Shown here: positions 1 through 11,300 of the stretch, one piece after another
Position numbering within the stretch: position 1 is the stretch's first letter
How the letters are laid out: each line of letters begins with the position of its first letter
Assembly: GCA_045863335.1 (NCBI GenBank)
Contig: BTVY01000038.1
Span: forward strand, 1-64,000
DNA length: 64,000 nt
Origin: Candidatus Hydrogenedentota bacterium
GTDB lineage: Bacteria; Hydrogenedentota; Hydrogenedentia; Hydrogenedentales; SLHB01
Reading direction: 5' to 3'
Notes under the pieces: model-generated
Told to the model about the DNA's origin: nothing
The model's input: the letters and a program-made list of their open reading frames with translations, nothing else
Databases searched by the model: none
Program-made: the position numbers and the translations under genes

Positions 1-37
1 TATTTATTACAGAATTCGCGGTATTCCCAGATCTGCA

Positions 38-179
38 CCCCTTCAAAGGGGGAAACCCACACAGCGCTTCGCGTTGTGTGGCGGGCCAACCAGAGACCGA
101 GGATGAAGTGTCTTGCGGTGCATTTGCCTATAACGCAGTTGATCCCCATTCCCCCTTTGAAGGGGGATTAAGGGATGTT
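38..179. repeat. REP-like inverted palindrome pair
   Basis: ccccttcaaagggggaa (38-54) is the exact reverse complement of ttccccctttgaagggg (149-165); each arm is itself a small hairpin. Confidence 0.7.
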
Positions 180-210
180 CTCTTAAAGAGTCAAGCGGCC
201 GCGTGTTGCG

Positions 211-2010
211 CTATGCCGAGTCGTGAGTTTCCATCGACGTTGCCGGTTGGCGGTTGTATCGGATGACTGCGGCAACAGCCGCAATCGCGATAGCTACGGC
301 GACGACCGTCCCCGCATTTAGCAACCCTGCTTGCCGATACCAGACGATCGCGTAGCCAAGGGCCCCGGCGGTGAGCGCATAGTACACAAAGGGCAGGAAG
401 GTCCTGCGGATCACGATGCCCTCGCGGCCGATGAGGCCCACGACGGCAGACGCGGCGACGACGTTGTGAACGCAGATCATGTTGCCCGCGGCGCCGCCAA
501 CGGCTTGCAAGGCGACGATCCACGTGGGGTCCACGTCGATGCGTTGTCCTACGCCGAACTGGAAAAGCGAGAACATCATGTTGCTGACCGTGTTGCTGCC
601 GGCCACGAATGCGCCGAGGCCGCCGATGAAGGGCGCGAAGAAGGGCCATGCCGATCCCGCCGCCGCCGCAACGCCGTCGGCCAACGCAATGGGCATCTTC
701 GGATAACCGGCCAGGCCGTCGCCGGAATTGATGAAGACCTGAACCATGGGGACGGTGAAGACCAGCGCGACCGACGCGCGGATCGTGGTTCGCGCGGAAT
801 CGCGCCAGGCGCGCGCGTAGGAGGGACCGTCCATGCGATGCAGGAAATAGGTGATCAAGGATACCACCACGAAGATGGAACCGGGGGAGTAGAGCGTAGG
901 CACGTTAGCCGAGATCTCCGTTCCGAGCAGACTCTCGAACTTCACCGTGGTGGCCTGAAGCCAAGCCGCGAAGGGCAAGAATTTCATGCGTGTGGCCAGC
1001 AGCAACACGCTCACGAGAATGTACGGGACCCAGGCGCGCAGCAGCGACATCTCGCCGTAACGGTGGCCGATGTCTTCGATCTCGATCGTGCCGCTCCAGT
1101 CTTCGGGCCAATCGTCGCGCGGCGGGAAATCCCAAGGCGTCTCTGCCTTCGGCAAGAACCAGCCGCGCCGCGCCGCTGTGACCACAATCGCGAGGCCTGT
1201 CAAACTGCCGATGATCGTCGGGAATTCCGGGCCGAAGAGGCGCGCCACGAGTAGATAGGGAATCGTCATGGAGAGGGCCGCGAAGATCGCGAAACGCCAC
1301 ACGCGCAGGCCTTCCGCGAACGACCGGTTGGCGCCATAGTAACGCGTCATGAAGGCGACGACGATCAAGGGGACGAGCGTGCCGCAGGCCGCGTGCAATA
1401 CGGCAACCTTCGCGCCGATGAGCGCGAGAAAGGCGTGCCAGTCCGTCACGCCGATCTGTTCCGCATACAGCCGCGCGGTCTCGTCGGTGGAGAGGCCCGT
1501 GTTCACACCGACGAGTATCGGTGTGCCCGCCGCGCCGAAGGATACCGGCGTACTCTGTATGATCATTCCGGCGACGACGGCCGCCATCGCCGGGAATCCC
1601 AATCCCACAAGCAAGGGCACCGCGACGGCCGCGGGCGTGCCGAATCCCGCGACCCCTTCCATGAACGCGCCGAAGAGCCAGGCGATGATGATGACCTGAA
1701 TGCGGCGGTCGGGCGTGATGGTGGTAAATCCGTTGCGGATGCTTCGCATGGCGCCGCTTTGTTGCAGCGTGTTGAGCATCAGGATCGCGCCGAAGATGAT
1801 CCACAGCAGCGTGGCCGTCACGATGAGGCCGTTGAGCGTGGCGGCGGCGGTCTGAACGCCGGGCACCTTCCACACGAAGAGGGCCAGTATCAGTGCGACG
1901 ACGTAGCAGATGGGCATCGCCCGGCTCGCGGGCCATTTCATGCCGACAAGAAGGATTGCGACGGCGAGAATCGGCAAAAGGGACAGCAGGGTCAGGGTAA
2001 GAACATTCAC
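211..2010 (-). CDS. lctP: L-lactate permease (LctP family)
   Basis: 599-aa polytopic membrane protein; [21 protein letters not shown] and GSNTVSN motifs typical of LctP. Confidence 0.9.
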   Translation of the reverse strand: MNVLTLTLLSLLPILAVAILLVGMKWPASRAMPICYVVALILALFVWKVPGVQTAAATLNGLIVTATLLWIIFGAILMLNTLQQSGAMRSIRNGFTTITPDRRIQVIIIAWLFGAFMEGVAGFGTPAAVAVPLLVGLGFPAMAAVVAGMIIQSTPVSFGAAGTPILVGVNTGLSTDETARLYAEQIGVTDWHAFLALIGAKVAVLHAACGTLVPLIVVAFMTRYYGANRSFAEGLRVWRFAIFAALSMTIPYLLVARLFGPEFPTIIGSLTGLAIVVTAARRGWFLPKAETPWDFPPRDDWPEDWSGTIEIEDIGHRYGEMSLLRAWVPYILVSVLLLATRMKFLPFAAWLQATTVKFESLLGTEISANVPTLYSPGSIFVVVSLITYFLHRMDGPSYARAWRDSARTTIRASVALVFTVPMVQVFINSGDGLAGYPKMPIALADGVAAAAGSAWPFFAPFIGGLGAFVAGSNTVSNMMFSLFQFGVGQRIDVDPTWIVALQAVGGAAGNMICVHNVVAASAVVGLIGREGIVIRRTFLPFVYYALTAGALGYAIVWYRQAGLLNAGTVVAVAIAIAAVAAVIRYNRQPATSMETHDSA

Positions 2011-2107
2011 GGTCTATCTTCCACCAAATCGCTTGATCGATCCGATCGTCTTCGGCATTGCTTCGTCGGTCGCTGCCTAACAGTGCTTGCTGGAGTTCTT
2101 GCATCTT

Positions 2108-2361
2108 GGCCCAAAGGGCCTTTACAGGAAAGCCCAGGGCAACGCCCTGGGAAATCGTGCAATCCCAAAAATGGCCGCCCTGAAAGGGCAAAACAGGTAA
2201 TTGAACCTACGCCTGATTTCTCACACGCAAAGACGGGGAACCACCGCCCAACGATTACGGCGGGTTCTGTTTGAATGTTTTGCCCTTTCAGGGCGTGCAT
2301 TTTTCCCAACCCAGATCCCAGGGCGTTGCCCTGGGCTGCCCTGTCTTGGCCCCTTCGGGGC
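2108..2361. repeat. Composite REP-like inverted element (three hairpins per arm)
   Basis: agcccagggcaacgccctggg (2131-2151) pairs with 2317-2337; cgccctgaaagggcaaaaca (2176-2195) pairs with 2276-2295. Confidence 0.8.
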
Positions 2362-2469
2362 GGTTCCAACGAAAAAGTTATGTAGAGACTCCAAGCGAGC
2401 GGCGATGTCTGTCCAGCACGAAGCGAGCCACCCACAGCCAGCAAGGTGCAAGTATCCCGGTAGCGCTGT

Positions 2470-3312
2470 CTAGCAGCGTTCGATAAGCCATGCCGTTAGT
2501 TCCTTGGCGAATCGTTCTCTCTCGAGGTCGTTGAATAGTTCGTGGTATCCGCCTTCGTATATGTTCAGCGTCTTGTCTTCTGATGCGGCCGCGTCGAAGA
2601 AGGCGCGGCTCCCCTCCACATCGGTAAGCCGGTCGGAGGTGCCGTGAAAGACCAGCAGGGGTTCGGAGATGGTGCGCATGGCACTCTGGAATATCGCGAT
2701 GGCGCGGGCGATCTCGGCGCCGGTCCGTGCGTTCATGGTGCCGGTGTGCCGCAAGGGATCGGAGAGCACTGTTTCGAGCACGTCTGCGTCGCGCGAGACC
2801 CATTTGTAGTCGACGCGCTCGACTGGGAGCCATGGCAGCCACGTTCCAAGGAAATCGCCGAGACGGACTAGCGTGGGTGATACGGAGTCGGGGATTTTCA
2901 GAAGTGGGCTGCTGAACGCCAAACCGCGAAAGCCTGGGCGATCTTCGATCGCGTACAGACCCACAATAAGCCCGCCGAGGCTATGACCCAGTAGGAATAG
3001 GGGAAGGTCCGGCGTAGTGTCGGAGATGCTACCCAGGTACGAGCGCAGGTCGTCGATAAAAGTCGCGAAGGAATCGATATGGCCCCGTTTCCCTGGTGAT
3101 AGTCCGTGGCCTCGCTGATCGAATCCGCATACGACAAGTCCTGCGCCACACAAATGTCCAGCCAGTTCCTCAAAGCTCGCCGTATGGTGGCCGTACCCAT
3201 GCACAATCACGACAATCCCGCGTGCCTCGGCGTCAGGTTGCCAGCGGTAAGAGGCAAGCGAAGTCCCGTCCTTCGCGGTGAATGTCGTGCGTTGTGCGAG
3301 CGGCGGCGACAC
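2470..3312 (-). CDS. Lysophospholipase / monoacylglycerol lipase-like alpha/beta hydrolase
   Basis: VHGYGHH, DQRGHGLS, GHSLGG nucleophile elbow, HGTSD and YHEL motifs. Confidence 0.88.
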   Translation of the reverse strand: MSPPLAQRTTFTAKDGTSLASYRWQPDAEARGIVVIVHGYGHHTASFEELAGHLCGAGLVVCGFDQRGHGLSPGKRGHIDSFATFIDDLRSYLGSISDTTPDLPLFLLGHSLGGLIVGLYAIEDRPGFRGLAFSSPLLKIPDSVSPTLVRLGDFLGTWLPWLPVERVDYKWVSRDADVLETVLSDPLRHTGTMNARTGAEIARAIAIFQSAMRTISEPLLVFHGTSDRLTDVEGSRAFFDAAASEDKTLNIYEGGYHELFNDLERERFAKELTAWLIERC

Positions 3313-3314
3313 GG

Positions 3315-4526
3315 TCAGGGGTTCTCAACTGCGTACGTCAACAGATACGCAAAGTCGAGCGGACCTGGCGAGGGCTGGTAATTGAGATAGAAATCCAGGA
3401 GCCGGTCTTTGTCCTCGGGTACTGCGGGAACCGCGTGGAGCCACCCGTAAGGGTGAGATACATGCGCCGGGTTTGACTTAGGATTCCCTGTCACGTTGCC
3501 ATAGAGAATGCCGTCGTTGCGACGTGCGATCCCGTTCAGCACCGTCAAACCGAAACGGCGTAGGTCCGCTTCGTCGAACACCACGCCTTCGGCCGCCAGC
3601 ATGAAGGGGAACGACGCCGTGAGTTGACCGTGGGAGGTGTCTTCGCCATTGACTACCTCTCGATCAACAGGTCCGGTCACGGGGGCATCGGGTAGCCAAT
3701 ACTCCCAATAGTAGGCCCCATCCGCACTGACGCCGAGTCGCCGCTTGATATACCAGGCCAAGGCGATCGCGCGATCGCGACGGGCTTCGTCGCCGGTCAG
3801 TTTCCATGCCGCCCACAACGCGCGCCCCATAGCGCTGAGGCGATTCCCCGGCAAGACCTTGCCTTCCAGGATGTCTTCCTGGTCGATGCCAATGTAGTGG
3901 CCTTCGCCTTCACCAGGCCCATCGACCCATTGCCGATCGTGATACGCGAGTGCCTCCAGCGCTTGGCGCTGGATCGCTTTGTAATGATCGGTCTCAGGCG
4001 AGAGCAGGTCCGGCGCGTTGCGCAGCAGCACCAGCGCGTCCAGCATGGGATACACAATCATGCCCGTGTGCACCGCGAATATCGCACGTCCCCGCTCCGC
4101 GTACTTTTCCGAACTCCACGCCGGCGCTGTAGCGCCGGTCCACAGCACGAGTCCTTGTTTGTCGTCCCGGGCCGCGAGCATGGCGTCGATGCAGCGAAGG
4201 TTCGCGGCGAGGTACTTCGGGTCCTTCGTGACGCGATACATCTCGTTGTATGCGTCCATCCAATAGGCTAAGCCCCAGGCGTTGTTGCCTTGCTGGCTGC
4301 TCACCGAGCCAAGGGCCTTATCGAGGGGATCGCCCATGAACCGCTCGTCGAAGCGTTTTGGCGTGGCGTATTCGGTGAGGGAAGGCGGCGAATCTACTTT
4401 TGGAAGCTGTTTCAGGAACCGCGCGGCATACTCGGCTTCAGCGTCTTGCGCCGATGCCGTTGCAATGCTGGCAATGCCCACGCAAATTGCGATGATGAAG
4501 CGAATACTCACGGTGCGTTTCACCAA
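3315..4526 (-). CDS. Secreted hypothetical protein, probable alpha/alpha-toroid fold
   Basis: N-terminal signal peptide (…ATASA-QD); helical repeats such as YNEMYRVTKDPKYL and AWKLTGDEARRDRA. Confidence 0.65.
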   Translation of the reverse strand: MVKRTVSIRFIIAICVGIASIATASAQDAEAEYAARFLKQLPKVDSPPSLTEYATPKRFDERFMGDPLDKALGSVSSQQGNNAWGLAYWMDAYNEMYRVTKDPKYLAANLRCIDAMLAARDDKQGLVLWTGATAPAWSSEKYAERGRAIFAVHTGMIVYPMLDALVLLRNAPDLLSPETDHYKAIQRQALEALAYHDRQWVDGPGEGEGHYIGIDQEDILEGKVLPGNRLSAMGRALWAAWKLTGDEARRDRAIALAWYIKRRLGVSADGAYYWEYWLPDAPVTGPVDREVVNGEDTSHGQLTASFPFMLAAEGVVFDEADLRRFGLTVLNGIARRNDGILYGNVTGNPKSNPAHVSHPYGWLHAVPAVPEDKDRLLDFYLNYQPSPGPLDFAYLLTYAVENP

Positions 4527-4543
4527 ACCGTCCCCTTCCCGGT

Positions 4544-6118
4544 TTACTCTTTCGCGAGTTGACCAATCTCCGCGGCGGACAAGGCCCGGTTGTACCAGCG
4601 CAGGTTCTTCATGGCCCCATTAAAATAGTCGTGGGCGCCGAAGCCGATGCGCAAGGGCGCGTCCCCGGACAAGTCAATGGCGGTGCTGGACTGCTCGCTG
4701 CGCGCCACCTCTTTACCGTCTACGTGAAGTTCCATGCTGCCGCCTCGACGCACGGCGGCGATGCTACGCCACCCAGGCGCAAGCGCGCGATCGTGTGTGA
4801 CGCAGGCGCCCGCGACGATGGAATGGACATGCCCCGAAGGCAGGGTGCCGCAGAAGAGTTTGCCTTGGTACACGGCCATGGACCACGCGCGGCGGTACCG
4901 CACATCGGGCGTGTGGTCAAGCCGGCCTGTATTCGTCCACGCTCCATCGCCATCGTAGCGATACACCTCGGCGAGCGGCAGCGTTCCGCCGAAGAGCTTG
5001 CCGTTGTAGACGGCCATCCCCATGACCTCTTCTTCTTCGCCGAGTCTTCCCGTATCTTCCCAACCCATATCGCCGTCGTAGCGGAACACGCGGCCGCCCG
5101 GCCACGTGCCTAGGTAGAGTTCGCCGAAGTGCTGGGCGAAGGAGTAGGATTGCGTGACGCCGGGTGGCGCGCCGCAGTTCTCCCATTCCTCGCCGCCCGC
5201 GTAGCGGTAGACGCCGGGAAACTCCGCGTCATAGCCCGACCCGTAGAGGCTCCCGCGATGCACTGTCATTGCGGCGATGCGACCGCCGGAGTGCCCGCAG
5301 TATTTCCAAGCTGTGCCGCCCTCGTACCGGAACACGCCCGGTGGCGCGTACATGGACGACGCGTACAGCGCGCCGCGATAGTTCACAAGACCAAAGATGG
5401 CTTCGGGGTTTTCCAGCGTTCCACAGTGCGTCCAGTCTGTCCCGCCTTCGTAGCGGTAGACCGCGCCTCCCGGCGTTTCGTTTTCGGACTCCGAGATGGA
5501 CGATCCACTGGACCGGTAATGGGACGCCGCGGCGTAAAGCTTGCCGTCGAATTCGGCGAGAGACGTAACCGCGTTGCTGGGCGCGGGCGCGCCGCAGTCC
5601 TCCCAATCCGTTCCGCCGAGGTAGCGGTAGACGTGTCCCGCCTCGTCGCTGCCGGTTTCAAAGGTGCCTGCGAAGAGATTGCCTTCGTGAACGCAGAGCG
5701 CCCAAACCATCAGGTTGGCACCCGGCCGTCCGCAATCGGTCCAACTTTCATCAATCCGGCCATTGTCGATACCGAAGAACAGGTTGCGATAGTTGGACTG
5801 CGCCGACGTGACCCCCGCGTAGTTCATGAGGCACAGGTTGATTCCCCGGCGTGGACCGGGGTCATAGGTCGAAACGATGTCGCCGAGTACGTGATCGAGG
5901 ATCGCGGCCGTATTGATCTGCACCGCAATGGAGAAGTCGCCGGTCCCGGGACCGAAGCGATCGTTCTGCGGTACCTCGATGTGTGACGCGCGTCCGTCGA
6001 AGTGCGCGGCCCCGTTTTGAAACCGGATGCCTCGCGCATCGCCGTGGTGCGTGCCCCCTTCGTCGCGCGCGTCCTCGCGGAGCGGCCAATGCGCCACCAA
6101 GCCCGAATCAATGCTCAT
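4544..6118 (-). CDS. LamG-like jellyroll domain interrupted by a 7-repeat beta-propeller
   Basis: LVAHWPL…HFDG at the N-terminus and LHVDG…FNGAMKNLRWYNRALS at the C-terminus; seven W-x-x-(C/T)-G repeats between them; AGGGAG RBS before ATG 6118. Confidence 0.75.
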   Translation of the reverse strand: MSIDSGLVAHWPLREDARDEGGTHHGDARGIRFQNGAAHFDGRASHIEVPQNDRFGPGTGDFSIAVQINTAAILDHVLGDIVSTYDPGPRRGINLCLMNYAGVTSAQSNYRNLFFGIDNGRIDESWTDCGRPGANLMVWALCVHEGNLFAGTFETGSDEAGHVYRYLGGTDWEDCGAPAPSNAVTSLAEFDGKLYAAASHYRSSGSSISESENETPGGAVYRYEGGTDWTHCGTLENPEAIFGLVNYRGALYASSMYAPPGVFRYEGGTAWKYCGHSGGRIAAMTVHRGSLYGSGYDAEFPGVYRYAGGEEWENCGAPPGVTQSYSFAQHFGELYLGTWPGGRVFRYDGDMGWEDTGRLGEEEEVMGMAVYNGKLFGGTLPLAEVYRYDGDGAWTNTGRLDHTPDVRYRRAWSMAVYQGKLFCGTLPSGHVHSIVAGACVTHDRALAPGWRSIAAVRRGGSMELHVDGKEVARSEQSSTAIDLSGDAPLRIGFGAHDYFNGAMKNLRWYNRALSAAEIGQLAKE

Positions 6119-6256
6119 GCAGGTCTCCCTCAATCCGCCGACAGGGCTGCGCCACGGCCTTGCAGCCCGGGCGTACACGGTAGCACGATCTTGGCGGGCG
6201 TTCTACTGTATAATCCCCGCCACCACTGGTGCGGAGGTTACGGGAGGAATCGAGCC

Positions 6257-6871
6257 ATGCATAAGCTCGTGAAGAAATACGTGAACTGGCAGAACTCGCG
6301 GAAGTTTACGAAGGTCGGTAAACGCTGCCGGTTTTACGGGACCGATATCGAAGTTGAGGGTCACGTGGAAGTGGGGGACAACGTCCACATCCGGGATCAC
6401 TGCATCTTCCGGACGCGTAAGGATGGGAAGATCATTTTCAAAGATCGCAGCATGGTGAGCTGGTACGTGATCATCGAAAGCTCGTCGATTGTGGAGATTG
6501 GCGAAAACACGGGGCTCGCCGAGGGTGTCATCATTCGCGACGGGACCCACATGATCTACGGGACGAAAGAGCACTGGCGGTTTACCCCGCACATCATCAA
6601 GCCCACCATCATTGGCCCCAACTGCTGGATTGGCAGCCGCGCCTATATCTCCTATGGCGTCACCATCGGCGAGGGGGCCGTCGTTGGCGTCGGAAGCGTC
6701 GTAACGAAAGACATTGGACCCTATGAAGTCTGGGCGGGATCGCCGGCCAAGTACATGGCGCATCGTACGGACGATGTTCCCCCAAAGAAGCTTGCAGAGG
6801 CGGAGGAATTGCTCAAGACCCAAGGCATTCGCCACGATCGCCGGATGGACCACGCGGCCGACGAGAATTAG
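6257..6871 (+). CDS. Hexapeptide-repeat acyltransferase (maltose/galactoside O-acetyltransferase-like)
   Basis: IGPNCWIG…GVTIGEGAVVGVGSVVTKDI…AGSPAK; GGAGG RBS before ATG 6257. Confidence 0.85.
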   Translation: MHKLVKKYVNWQNSRKFTKVGKRCRFYGTDIEVEGHVEVGDNVHIRDHCIFRTRKDGKIIFKDRSMVSWYVIIESSSIVEIGENTGLAEGVIIRDGTHMIYGTKEHWRFTPHIIKPTIIGPNCWIGSRAYISYGVTIGEGAVVGVGSVVTKDIGPYEVWAGSPAKYMAHRTDDVPPKKLAEAEELLKTQGIRHDRRMDHAADEN

Positions 6872-7092
6872 CGGAAGCGCGACAGCAGATAGAGAATGGC
6901 GGAGAGGACGACGCTGATCAGGATCGACGTGGCAATGGGGAAGTAGAAGCTGAAGTTGTCCCGTTCGACGCGGATGTCGCCGGGAAGCCGGCCGAGACCT
7001 AGGAACCCGATCTTCCCGCCGAAATACAGCAGGACTCCGGCGACAACGAATACGATTCCGGCAACGATCAGGGTTTTTGCCAGGGTGTCCAT
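6868..7092 (-). CDS. DUF2905 family small membrane protein
   Basis: GRLPGDI…FYFPIATSILIS signature; two TM segments. Confidence 0.85.
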   Translation of the reverse strand: MDTLAKTLIVAGIVFVVAGVLLYFGGKIGFLGLGRLPGDIRVERDNFSFYFPIATSILISVVLSAILYLLSRFR

Positions 7093-7142
7093 AGCGTCCA
7101 GCTCGAATTGGTAACGAAACGCATCGAGTTTCGTGCCGCGGA

Positions 7143-8327
7143 TCAGCCGTAGTCTTCCAGGTACCGAAGGGCCAGCGTGGACATGAGCGCGATCGCCGTG
7201 GGCACCGGCCCGTCGCCGAAATCATATTTGGGATTGTGGAGCGGGGGATAGGGTTGGCCGGGATTCGGGTTCACTCCCAGGCACATGAACGTGCCCGGAA
7301 CCTTCTGAAGGTAGAACGCAAAGTCTTCCGCACCCATGTAAGGCGATTCCATTTCGATGACGTTGTCGGGGCCCATCAGCGCCGTTGCTTCCTTGCGCAC
7401 GAAATCCGTTATCGCCTCGTCATTGTACAGGGGCGGATAGCGATCCTCCGAGAATGTGATATCGGCCTCGGCGCGAAATGACGCGGCAACGTTGGTCGTA
7501 ATACGCCGGATTGCATCTTCGATTGTGTCGTGGATATCCGGTGTAAAGCTGCGAAAGGTCCCTTCCAGAGTGGCGGTTTCGGGAATGATGTTCGTCGCCG
7601 TTCCGGCATGAATCTTCCCCACTGTAACCACTCCCGCGTCCCAGGGGTTCAGTTCGCGGCTAACAATCGATTGGAGCGCGGTTGTGATGTGCGCCGCGAC
7701 CAGAATGGGATCGACCCCGGCAGCGGGATCAGCCCCATGGCAGGCGCGCCCGCGTATGGTAATGCGAAAGGTATCCGCGCCTGCCAGCGTCCACCCGGAT
7801 CGGACACCGATACTTCCCACCGGCAACGTTGGCCAACCGTGCAACGCAAAAACCGCATCCACCCCTTCCAGCACGCCTTCTTCCACGATGTAGCGTCCGC
7901 CTGCGGCTTCTTCTTCCGCGGGCTGAAACACGAACTTGACGGTGCCTTTGACGCGGTCTTTGTGTTGTGCGAGCGTCTTGACGACACCGCAGAGGCAGGC
8001 AGTATGGCCGTCATGTCCGCAGGCGTGCATGCGATTGGGGATTTTCGAGGCATAAGGGAGTCCCGTCGCCTCTTCGATTTCGAGGGCATCCATATCCGCG
8101 CGAAGCAGGACCGTCTTTCCGGAGCCGTCGCCGAGCGTGGCGACGATCCCGGTGCCCTTGGCGTAACCGCGTTTGTAGGGAACTCCAACGGAATCGAGGA
8201 ACTGCGCCACCCGGTCGGACGTCCACTTCTCCTGGAAGCGGATTTCGGGGTGCTGGTGAAGTTCCTGGCGAAGCTGGACAATCTCCGGCGTCAAGGCCTC
8301 GATGGTGGCCTTCAGCTCTTGAGTCAT
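7143..8327 (-). CDS. M20 family amidohydrolase (aminoacylase/hippurate hydrolase-like)
   Basis: LHQHPE, RADMDAL, MHACGHDGH, FQPAEE, GAEDF and LHNP motifs. Confidence 0.92.
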   Translation of the reverse strand: MTQELKATIEALTPEIVQLRQELHQHPEIRFQEKWTSDRVAQFLDSVGVPYKRGYAKGTGIVATLGDGSGKTVLLRADMDALEIEEATGLPYASKIPNRMHACGHDGHTACLCGVVKTLAQHKDRVKGTVKFVFQPAEEEAAGGRYIVEEGVLEGVDAVFALHGWPTLPVGSIGVRSGWTLAGADTFRITIRGRACHGADPAAGVDPILVAAHITTALQSIVSRELNPWDAGVVTVGKIHAGTATNIIPETATLEGTFRSFTPDIHDTIEDAIRRITTNVAASFRAEADITFSEDRYPPLYNDEAITDFVRKEATALMGPDNVIEMESPYMGAEDFAFYLQKVPGTFMCLGVNPNPGQPYPPLHNPKYDFGDGPVPTAIALMSTLALRYLEDYG

Positions 8328-8361
8328 AAAGAAAACTCTCGCTTGGTTAGCGCGCCTCTTA

Positions 8362-11300
8362 TTAGAACTTCAGTCGCGTGCCCGGTATTCCTGTGAGGCT
8401 GAACTCGACCCCCAAGTCCCAGCCCGAGCCGCGCTCCGTGACTTGTATCGCGCCTTCCAGACATTGCAGGACGCGACGGACCTCGTACCGTTGCCGGTAC
8501 AGTTCGCCGCGTTCGAAATCGTACCGGTGCTCGAAAGCAACGGACCACTTCGGCCCGAGCTTGTACCCGGCGCCGTAAAGTATTTCCCGGTTGAAGACTT
8601 CGTCCTGTGTCTTCGTGTAGGCGAAACCGATGCGGCCATTCCAGTTCCCGCCGTAGTTGCGGTCGTCGTAATAGAAGAATGCCAGCAGCCGGTCGTAGTC
8701 ACCGTAGGCCGTGTTGTATTTGTCGGCCGTCGCAGGATCGAAGGGGCGGTCGGTTACCCGTTCATAGAGTTCGATCAGCGTTCGCTGCACGAAGAAGGGC
8801 CGGTCCAGATCGATGTCGCCTTCGTCGCTGATACTGTGGTGTTCGGCGATGGTCTGGATACCCCAGAGGGGACGCGGCCGCAGGTCGAGTTCCAACTCGT
8901 AATCGCGCGATTCGCGGATCTCGTTCGAGAAATCGTCGCCGTAATACAAGCTCAATCGCGCGACCTGCCACGCTTCACCCGATTCGGCGTCGCGGCCCAT
9001 CACGATGTTGTCGATCTTGCTCTCCAACCGGCTCCGGCCATAGAGATTGTCGTAGGCGTCGAAACGCGGCGTGTCCTCCACGCCCATGGACGGCTCCGGA
9101 CGGTACGAATAGGTCAGGGACGGCACGACGATGTGTTTGAATCCGCTGAATCCCCAGCGTCCGCCGTAGGTCCGCTGGAAGCGGGTCTGCAAGGTGGCGC
9201 CGAGTTCGGCCGAGACGCGGCCATCCGAATCGCCCTCTTCCCGCGTCTTCTCGTACCACGACGCGTCCGCTTCGAGATAAGGCGTGAGGTTAAGCGCGTC
9301 GCCCAACTCCACGTCGTAACTCAGGCGCGCCACGTTGACGCTGCGCAAGGAATTCTCGCCTTCCGGTTCGCGCTCGTTGTACCCGTCGATCGTATCGAAG
9401 GTGAAGTACAACCGGTCCACCAACTGCCGCTCCAGCAAATGGAACGTGACCTCCGGCATGCGCTCGGTTTCGCTCACGAAATCGTTGGTCGTCCGGCGCG
9501 CGGTTGCGGTCGCAATATACGTGGGCTTTGTGTGGGCAACGTTCACGAAATTGCGCGGCTGCGTCCGGTCCTTGTACTCGTCGTAGAAGAAGTCTTTGTA
9601 GAACTCGCGATCGGACCACTGTTCCAACTGCACGAGCATGACCGTGTTCGGTTCGAGTTCGTGCCGGTGGTACCACTCGTAGTACCCGCGGCTGTCCGTA
9701 GTGAGCAGGCTGCGGAATTCTCCTTTGCTGCGGAAGAGCGGTTCCGCGGGCGTTTCCATGTAGTCGTATTGGCCTTCAAAACCGAAGCCAACGCCTTCCT
9801 TCGTCGTCGGGAAGAAACGAATGCCAAGCTCCAGTTCCGGCGTTACCGCGAACTGCTGCCCCACGTTGATGTAGTACCCGAGTTCCGCGCGTTTTCCGCT
9901 GTCGAAATCGAAGCCTACCGTCGGCGTATCCGCGCCGCCACGGTAGCCCCAGCGCGGCCACCACAAAGGCGTGCCCGTGCCACCCAGTTCCAGGCGAGCG
10001 CTCTTACCCGTAACGGCCTGACCGTTTCGAATCGTGGCTTCCTTCATGCGAATACGGTAGTACTCGTGGTCGCAATCGCAGGTGGTCAGCCAGAGGTTCT
10101 CGCCGCTGACATCGCCCTCGCCGAGCATCGTCAGCTTATCGCCTCCGAAGCGCACCTGGCCGGTCTGGCCTTCTACGCCCCAGGCTTCACCGGTCTGCGT
10201 GGCGAAGTCATAGATGATGTGATCGGCTTTGAACTCGCGAGTCGGCTCGTTAATCTCGATGTTGGTCGCGTCCATCTTACCGAGTGATAGCACGCGACGC
10301 GCATAGTCCTGCTCATCCTCGCCGTGTGGCATCAGGGGCGGGGGATTCTGCAATTCCGCGTCCAGCGGCACTGTATACTGCACGGTATCGGCCCACGCCG
10401 TGGACTCCCCCTGCACGACTTCAACATTGCCTGTCGCTTCGACTTGTCCGGTGCGTTTGTCGTAGAAGACGCGGTCAGCCGCGAATTGAATGTTGTCGAG
10501 CGTCAGCCGCGCATCGCCGGTTGCAATAAGGATGTTTCCGTTGTCCAGCACTTCCACATTCTCGCCCTGGATGTCGCGGAACGGTTGCGTCCAATCGGGC
10601 GGCTGGAATCCGCCCTCGCTACTTCCAAGGTCGAGGCCTTCCGTAATGGCATCGGCAACCGTGGGCTCCCTCGGTCCGCCTTCCAACGGCGAAGCCGCAG
10701 GGCGGCGGGGCGCATCCGGTTCGTCGGTCGACGCCTCCGCAGGCGCGACGGGTTCCGCCCGGCGGATACGGCTCTTTCGGGGTTGGTCCGATTTCGCCAT
10801 GGGTGCAGGGGCCTGCGTTGCTTCGGATTCTTCGGCTGGGACCGTTTGGGGCGCAGGCTTCGGGGTGGAAGTCACTTCCGGAGCAGGCGCGGATTCTCGC
10901 TTCATCTCCGGCTCGGGAGCTGGTGTTGTCACCGGTGCAGCTTCCACAACTTCCGGGGCTTCTTCTTCCGCTTGCACCGGTTCGACCGGTTGTACTTCGG
11001 GCGACCCGGTCATTGGGGAAGGCGCGGGCGCTTCCTCCACCGGTTGCGTTTGTGGCTCTTCCACAACCGGTGCGGGCTGTGGCGTTTCCACTTCGGGAGC
11101 AGCAGGCGCTGCTGCCGCAACCGTCATCGCGGGTGCTTTCACCGTACCGGAGGAGTACCAGGCACGATCCTTGGGCGACATGGCGATCACGAGACCGTCC
11201 CCGGCCACCAACGTCCTCGCGGTTGTGCTGACGGATTGACTGCCGACGGCATTGAGCGATAGATCGCACGATTCGATCGCACCTTCAGTCAAAACATAGA

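Noticed and set aside
7143-8327. M20 amidohydrolase as the hydrolase for the predicted N-acyl-Ile
   Set aside because: Chemically plausible, but it lies 5 kb away behind lptD in another operon and the family is ubiquitous; no sequence support.
8443-10287. Long antisense ORFs (e.g. 614 aa opposite lptD, 466 aa opposite polX, 429 aa opposite infB)
   Set aside because: Expected shadow ORFs of GC-rich coding sequence with no motifs.
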